A stretch of DNA of 64,000 bases from positions 2,976,001 to 3,040,000 of the forward strand of contig JBHGNT010000009.1 of the NCBI GenBank assembly GCA_043228905.1, written 5' to 3'. Source of the DNA: Azolla caroliniana. Taxonomy: Eukaryota; Plantae; Polypodiophyta. Positions 56,864 to 64,000 of this stretch are shown here, one piece after another. The number at the start of each line of letters is the position of its first letter. Positions within the stretch are counted from its first letter, which is position 1. A program made the translations under genes and the position numbers. The notes under the pieces were generated by a model. That model was not told where the DNA came from and did no database searches. It saw only the letters and a list, made by a program, of their open reading frames with translations.

Positions 56864-57249
56864 GTTGGCGCCTGTTTTTTTTTTTTCATTAGCCGCGCAT
56901 GTGCACGTCGTGTACTAAAATAGAATGACGTGCCATGTGGCAGCGGTTTAATACCCTATTAATAGCCCACTACGTACCTTTTCAAAGTGCCCGTTCACTC
57001 CTTTTTGCATGTGTCTGTTCACTCCTCGCCCTTGCATGATTTACTTTGATTTGCTTTGATTCGATTTTTTATTTTTATTTATTTTTAAAGATAATAAATG
57101 GTTTTGCTAATTAGCAACCGGTCCCACTGGACCCCTATCCGGATTGTGATCCTTGCCGGACGTTGGACCGCTTGCCGGCGCTTCAGACTTACCGGTGTCT
57201 GGTTTTGTGTCGCCCTTCACTTGTTCAAATGGGTTTCTTGGCATGGGTC

Positions 57250-60200
57250 CATTGTATGGTTTGAGTCGGAACCCGTTGAGCCATTTACCCAGAACCTCAC
57301 CGGCGAGTGTCCCTAATTGGTAGGAACCGTTGAACTCTCGCGTAATCCAGTATGGTCCGGTTCACTGAAACCGTAGCTTTCCCGACATCTTACCCATCCG
57401 GGTCTAGAACACGAGTACCGGCTTACCGATGCCGAACATCTTTTCGTTCCCTTTTCGGTGACGATCCATGAACGCCTTCCTTCGCCGCTGCTCTAGTTCT
57501 AGGTGCATGATGCTGGCTAGCCGGTGTTCTTCCAATTCGCACAACGCGTTTAACCGGATAGCTTCCAATTCCCTCTCATTTAGGCGTTCCCGAATCTGTA
57601 TTCGTAAACTCGGGACCTGGAACTCTACCGGCATCACTGCTTCTAATCCGAATGCTAAGCGGAACGGTGTTGTGCGGATACTTGTTTTATATGCCGTTCG
57701 GTAAGCCCAGAGTGCACTGTGCAGCTTTGTACCCCAATCCGTCCGGTTCTCATTGACAATTTTCCGCAGGATATTCTGTGTGTTTTATTTGTTGAATCTG
57801 CTAATCCGTTGGCTTGCGGATAATAGGGAGTGCTCCGTTTGTGCACCACCGCATAAAATGTCGTCAAACTTTCCACTACTTGCCCTAAGAAGTGCCCACC
57901 TTGGTCACTTATGAGCTCTATCGGACATCCATATCGGCACCAGATGCATTCATATAAAATTTTTTCCGTGGATGCCGCGGTGTTGTCATGTAGTGCTTTC
58001 GCTTCCACCCATTTCGTGCAGTAATCCGTAGCGACGATCACGTACCGGTTGCCGGTTCTCATTGCCGGTGGTTTGAACGAACCGACAAAATCTAGCCCCC
58101 ATTTCTGAAATGGTTCTAACGGTAGTACGGGCTGGTGAGGCATTCTGGCTTGTTCGGTTGGTTGCTCCATTCTTTGACATAGGTCGCATTCTTTAGCGTA
58201 CCAGACTGCATCTTTCAATGTTGTTGGCCACCATAGGCCACTCTACCATATTTTCCTTGTCGTAGCGTCTCCGGCATAATGTCCTCCGGCCACGTTGCAG
58301 TGTGCCTCGCGCAATATTACTTCCTTTTCATCACTGCGCACTGCACGCCGCCATATGCCATTTGCGCCTTTGTGGTACAGTGTGCCCTGCAATAGATAGA
58401 AGTGCCGGCTTTGAATTGCTAAGCGTTTCCTTTCGTCTCAGTTCATCTCCTCTGGAGGTAAACCGGTGCTCAGAAATTGGTGCATATTGGTGAGCCACTT
58501 GTCTTCCTCTGTGACTGAACTGTTCGTTGCCGTTTCTGCTGTGACTCTAAACAACTCTGCATCCGGAAAGTTGTCTGGGACTCCATCACCGGTTTCGCCG
58601 GAATCTAGCCGGCTTAAATAGTCCGCTACCGCATGCTGTATGTCGGGTCGGTGGAATATCTCGAACTCGAATTCTTGCAGTAGTAACGTTGTCGTAGTGT
58701 ATTCCACACACTACGTGAAAACCATAAAATAATATATCCCACCCGACTCACGCAACGATCCGGAGCCGAAAGGCACGACAACGTCCACCGGGCTAGCTTA
58801 CCGGTGAGTGATGCTTTGGACACCAAATAGAGGAGCGCCGAATGATCTACGTGAAAGGAAAATTTCCTTCCCAATAGATAGTGTCTAAACTTGGTGACAC
58901 TGTAGATCATTCCCAAAGCCTCCCTTTCCGTCGTGGAATAATTACGTTCCGCTTGGGACAACATCCGACTGGCATAATAGACTAGCCGATACCATTTCGG
59001 TTCTGTCAGTTGCATCAGTGCGCTCCCGATTGCAATGTCGGACGCGTCAACAAACACATGGAACTCTTTGGACCAATCCGGAGGTTGCACCATCGGCGCT
59101 TGTGACAACAGTACTTTTAGTGCCCGGTAAGCCTGGTCTTCTGTGTCCGTCCATCGGAATGGTGTCCGATGTACTGCGGCATGCAGTGGTGTAGCCAAGT
59201 CTGCCAGATACTGGAGCATTCAGCTATGCCACCGAATTTGTCCTAAGAACCGGCTTAGTGCCTTTGCCGTGGCTGGTGCCGGTGCCTCTAGGATTGCTTT
59301 TACTTTGTCCGGATCCATTGCGATACCGTCCTTGCTGACGATGTGGCCCAGTAACGCTCCGCTGGTTACTCTGAACATGCATTTTGCCGGGTTTAGGCTT
59401 AGTCGGTAAACCCTACATTTTTCTAGGCATAGTCGGAGGTGCTGAAGGTGATCCCCTTCCTGGCTATAAACAACGAAGTCATCCAAAAACACCTACATGA
59501 ATGCCGGAATGAATTCCCTGAAAATTTCCATGATGATCCGTTAGAAGGTTGCCAGTGCCGTTTTCAATCCGAACATCATCACTACGGCAACAAAGACTCC
59601 CCATTCGGTGACAAAAGCGGTTTTTCTCCTGGTCAGCGAGGTGCATCCGGATTTGATTATAGCCGCCGAAACCATCCAGAAAATTGTACACCTTATGACC
59701 GGCGACCGCATCCAAGACGCCATTCGTGAATGGAAGTGGGAAGGCGTCCGTTACCGTAGCCGCATTCAATTTCCGGTAGTCGACACACACTCTGATCTTA
59801 CCGTTCTTTTTGGGCACTACCACTATCGGGCTGAGCCATGTGGCTTTCTTTACCGGTCGGATGAAGCCCACTCTCAGCAACTTGTCGATTTCTTCTCTGA
59901 CCTTTGCTGTGTAATTCGGGTTCATTTGGTAACGCCGTTGCGCTACCGGTTTGGCGTCTTTGCTCAAATGTATCTGGTGTTGATATAATTGAGGATCGAG
60001 TCCCGGCATGTCTTCGTAGGACAAGGCGAACACATCGCGAAATTCTTTTAGGAGTGTGATCATTGCCGTTTTGTTCTCCGAAGTCATTTCCTTGGCGATG
60101 TGCACCGGTCTTGTGTCCTCTGTGGTACCTAGGTTTACCTCTTCTAGTTGGGATGCTTTCACGCGCTGTGATACTACCATTTCTTTTTCCAGTGCCTCTT

Positions 60201-62844
60201 GTGCTTGCCGTAATTCCCGGATTGCCTCTTTATCCGGTTCCTCGTTGGTCCTATCCGGTTGCAGTACATACGGTGATACTGCTTCGGCTACATCAATCTT
60301 GAAAAGAGGTATGATCTTCGGATTTTCTTGTAAGTATTGATCGACCTCTTTGTCCGCCAATCCTTCCAGCATATTAACACATTCCGCATATAGTGGCGTT
60401 GATTCCTTGCTGGTACCGGATTGTGGTTGAGTCGGTACTTGTACTTTCGCTTTTCCTCGCCGAAACATAATTATGTTCTTCCTCCAGTTTTGCTTTATGT
60501 GTGCCGTTTTTAACCAGGGCCATCCCAACAATAGTGGGTAAGCTCCTTGAGCTTGTAGCTGGAGAACTACTGCGGAAATGCGAAATGTGTGACCCCCGAT
60601 GGTCACTTCCAGATCGCGTATTAATCCGGTCGGCCATCCGAAGCCAAAACGGACACAGTTCCCAGTCCTGGATTTCTAGCGTGTTACATGTTCGGAGGCT
60701 GATCACGTTCACGCCGGATCCTCCATCAATAATCGTGCCGGGTAGCTCTTTTCCCTTCACGGTGGCTGTGATTGCTGGACTGCTTGTGTCCACCACTGCC
60801 GGTCCTTCCTCCAAATTTGAAAAGAATGCCGGAGCCGGTGGTGTGTCTGTTGCCGTCCTTTCGGTCTTCAGTCCTTTCGTGAATCGTGGTACCAGTTGCA
60901 ATGACCGGCCTAACGGCATCGTTATTTGGCATTCTTGTAACGCCTGCCAGGTTGGGTTTCCGGGTTGCCCCGGGCCGGTGAGCTCTTCGACATTCTCCTT
61001 TTGTTGTTCGAGCTCAGCCGCATTTCGTTCATTTGCCTTCTTCATCCATTCGGTCGCCTACTTCCGGATGACTTCTTGAGTTTCCCACTCCGTGGCTTTG
61101 CCTTTTGATCTTGTAGTGACCTGTTGTATGTCCGCGACTTCCGCGTCTACCATGTTCACCGCCGGTCGTTTGTCGTAGCTCTTCGCCGGATATTGATTAC
61201 TATAGTGACCCTCTTGTCGGCAATAATAGCAGTACGGCTTCCAGGCGTTGCTGCATTCAACGTGTGTGCTTGGTGGCGGACCAGGGGCAAGTGCTTGGTT
61301 TTGGTCTGGTTGGCTGCTCGGAGCGCCCTTTTCTGGTTCTCATGGATGACCCCCCTTTTTGTTGAAATGACGTTTCTTATTGAAATTCTTTTTGGTGCGG
61401 TATCCTTGCTGGGGCTGGTCGTCATCCTTGCCATAGTCGTCCCGTCGGTGGTTGTAACTAGGGGAGTGATCCCGGTTATATCTTTCATACCGTCCATTAT
61501 AGTCCCGTAATCTATCATGTCTATCATACCGGTCATACGTGTCTCTTTGGTCGCTATACCAGACATCTTGTGCCGGCCAGTAGCGCTCTTCGTGCCGCCA
61601 ACGTTCTTCTTCTTCCTCCCGGTTGCTCCGTGGTTCAATTTGCCGGACCGGTGGTGCTTGTCGATTTAACAAGTTATACTCACACCATTCCATTGTGTGA
61701 CTTCTGGAGTGGCAGAGCAAGCATTGGGAACGCATGGTGCATTCCAGCGCCGAATGTCCGACATTCAGGCATACCGTACATTGAACTGCTTGTCGGAAAC
61801 AGAGGTCCTCTTCCATTGCGTACGTTGTAGTGCACCTATGGTTAGCCATGAACTCGAGTTTTCCATTTCCTGAACTCGGTCAATCACTTGATCTATGCTG
61901 CCGGTGTGGAAATCGATGACGGTGCACACCGTCCGTAAGGGTTCCTAGAGTGCTGCTAAGAATATGGCCTTTGTTTCTTCCTCCGACGGTGTCCGGCTGA
62001 GCTGACTTTGTATCCACTTGAACCGGATGACAAACTGTTGGATGTTCTCCGTTGGTTCCTGTCGGATACTATAAAATAACCCGACCATTTCCCGCTGGTC
62101 CATCTCCTTGTGGAAGAAATGCAAGAATTTTGTCTTTAATGTTTCAAACGTGGGGATGGTGCTGGGATCCTGTGTTCGGTGCCATCTGGCGGCCGGTCCC
62201 TCCAAGGTCATGCCGAACTCTGCCCGTTTTGAGCGTTCCTCTTCGACTGCATTTAAGCGTTGGGACACATGGTTCGCTTCCCAAGTCTGCTGAAACGCAT
62301 GAACGTGGGCTTCCACGTCCGGATCATTCCGGTATCTGGGATATTGGAACGGCATATCGTCGTTCGGTGTCGGTACATGGGCTGGTGGTGTCGGTGGTCG
62401 TTCCTCCTCTGGTGGTGTCGGAGGTTTTCCCCGGTCTTCTGTCGCCGTCAGAGGTCTTTCCTGCTCTTGTGGTGTTAGATGCTTCTCCTCCTCGACTTCC
62501 AGTGTCGGAGGTCTCTCGTCGTCGACTTCTGGTTCCGGAGTGTGGGCGACTTCTGGTACCGGAGTTTCCAGCCTTGTCGATTCGGGTTCTGGTGTCGGCA
62601 AAGTATCCGACTCCTTGTCCTCTGGTCCGCCTGGGGTGTCGTTATTGCTGTGGTAGTTCGTCTTCGCGTTGTATTCCCCGTCCGAACATGATTTAAATGC
62701 CGAAAATGCTTCGGATTCGCCTTCCCCCGCTGCCAATGCCTGGAGAAGGGATTCTGCTTCCCGGAGGCTGCTTAGGCTGCTTCCTTCGTCTAGGTAGGCG
62801 TTTTGTGGTAGTTGAAGTGATTCCTTGGCCACTCTCCGGATCAC
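57250..62844 (-). pseudogene. Frameshifted Gypsy gag-pol of the nested element
   Basis: Gag (61945-62844), two CCHC knuckles (61340-61849), protease IIDGGSGVN, RT (WLSPIVVVPKK..CVDYRKLN, FLDDF), RNase H (VDASD, YSTTEREAL), integrase (WGLDFVG, SDQGGHF, PQANG), GPYW motif. Multiple stops and frameshifts. Confidence 0.9.
58690..58780. mobile_element. 91-bp TG..CA insertion with 6-bp terminal inverted repeats and 4-bp TSD
   Basis: tgtcgt...acgaca flanked by acgt (58686-58689, 58781-58784). Excising it restores the RNase H frame RWTLLLQEF. Confidence 0.85.
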
Positions 62845-63022
62845 TTTCGAAAATGAGCGATCCGCTCTGATTTCTTCTGCCGCTTGCTAGAAAGCCTCTC
62901 GCTTCCTCAACCGTTCAGCAAGTCACCTTGCTCGCTCCGTAACCGGGTCGTTCGTTGGTCGCATCATCCATTCCCACCGCTGTTCGCTGCGATTGTGTAG
63001 GAATCGTGGTCGCCAAAAACTA

Positions 63023-63471
63023 TGTTAATCCTTAGGGCCAGACAATGGCCTAACACAGGGTGTCTCTGGAAGACACTTCACCAAAGGGGTGTTACGGCGA
63101 GATAACTTAAGACACAACGATTACTTCGACTTAATTAGCTACTTAGCAATAAGGCATACAGTTAATACACGCATAAGATATAACAATTAATTCAGAACGG
63201 TAATCAATACGTGAAGATAAAACAAGAAGCTTATATTAATTCTCCGTTAAAGTTATACATTGTAACCGGGCCTTTATATAGGTCACCTCTGCTGCGTACA
63301 AAACAAGTGCCAACCGGCACCTGTTCAGAATCGGTCTGGATCCGGATCGTCATACCGATTCCAGTCCGTCCGTTCACTACATAATTATAATCTAATCTAC
63401 TTAATTAAATATATTCCGAATAACCATCCCTTTCACATTCTGGTCTCTGCTCCTTTGCCGGCCGGGTAACA
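63023..63471 (-). repeat. Nested Gypsy 5' LTR (449 bp)
   Basis: Direct repeat of 53372-53808, adjacent to the PBS. Confidence 0.93.
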
Positions 63472-64000
63472 GAATGGGGCATCATGGGCCTGTTTCCAAC
63501 ATCAATACAAGGAAACATATATATTTTGGTAATTATAGAATACTTGACACGTTGGTGCAAGGCTATTGACTTACCTGATGCAACAACAAATACGGTCGCT
63601 AATGCCCTTCTACAACGGGTGATCTTTCCTCACGGATGCCCTCACCAAATTCTTTCAAATCAAGGATCACAATTCCGAAGTGAAGCGATGCAAGTTCTCA
63701 TGTAGAGTTTGGGAATCAAGCAGTTGTTTGCATCGCCATATCATCCCCAGACTAATGGCCTCATAGAGCGAATGAAAAAATCCATTAAATAGATAATCAC
63801 AACCTATGTTGATCCTTTACACCATTCAGGGGATCAAGTACTGCAGATCACGGTGTATGCATATAATACCTTGGTGCAAGAATCCACCAAGGTGAGTCCA
63901 TTCGGGGCGTTGTATGGCCGAGATTCTCGTCTCCCAGCAGACCCACAAGCTATCAAAATTGTGGTGGTTGCACCTACAATCAAACATGACTCTTCTCTAA

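Larger units (their letters stand above)
53372..63471 (-). mobile_element. 10.1-kb non-chromoviral Ty3/Gypsy LTR retrotransposon with extra 3' ORF, nested in the outer Gypsy integrase
   Basis: LTRs at 63023-63471 and 53372-53808 (TGT..ACA), TSD ggatg/gaatg (4/5), PBS TGGCGACCACGA (tRNA-Arg-like) at 63004-63015. Removing the element restores the outer frame PFEMVGWGIMGLFP. Confidence 0.93.
51078..64000 (+). mobile_element. Degraded Ty3/Gypsy element (outer), interrupted by a nested Gypsy and running off the window
   Basis: Putative short LTR 51078-51242 with a PBS-like tggtggaaataacgggca after it. Gag remnant ~51570-52180, RT tail and RNase H 52278-52835 (FLGLVRF, ASNYGIGVVLLQ, NYSTIEKE, VETDHQPL), integrase Zn finger ~53170-53300. 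The integrase core resumes at 63477 (MGLFP..GNIYILVIIEYLTRW, SPYHPQTNGLIER). Confidence 0.85.

Overview
Eukaryotic land-plant genomic DNA with spliced genes and plant LTR retrotransposons. A non-seed plant such as a fern is my low-confidence guess. The first ~40 kb hold six host genes: a 2-exon sn-2 GPAT with a degenerate phosphatase domain; a many-exon, probably plastid-targeted HEAT+TPR gene that is almost invisible in the ORF track (rebuilt by hand, with one GC-AG intron); a DUF688-like protein with a His-rich tail; an intronless, divergent mRNA cap guanine-N7 methyltransferase paralog; a complete 7-exon katanin p60 (523 aa); and a 2-exon membrane/ARM-repeat protein. The last ~22 kb are transposon-dominated: an internally deleted L1 LINE joined to a BAHD (feruloyl-transferase-like) pseudogene that is split by a young, ORF-intact Copia element, and a degraded Gypsy element interrupted by a 10.1-kb Gypsy with a large extra 3' ORF, which in turn carries a 91-bp TG..CA insertion with a 4-bp TSD. 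Four non-autonomous hAT-type elements with 8-bp TSDs and several local tandem duplications were also found. No rRNA, tRNA or CRISPR array was seen. I found no clear multi-gene novel system. The best leads are the divergent cap methyltransferase, the bacterial-type HEAT/TPR gene, the 91-bp insert and the Gypsy extra ORF. All splice models and identity figures are manual readings and have not been computed.
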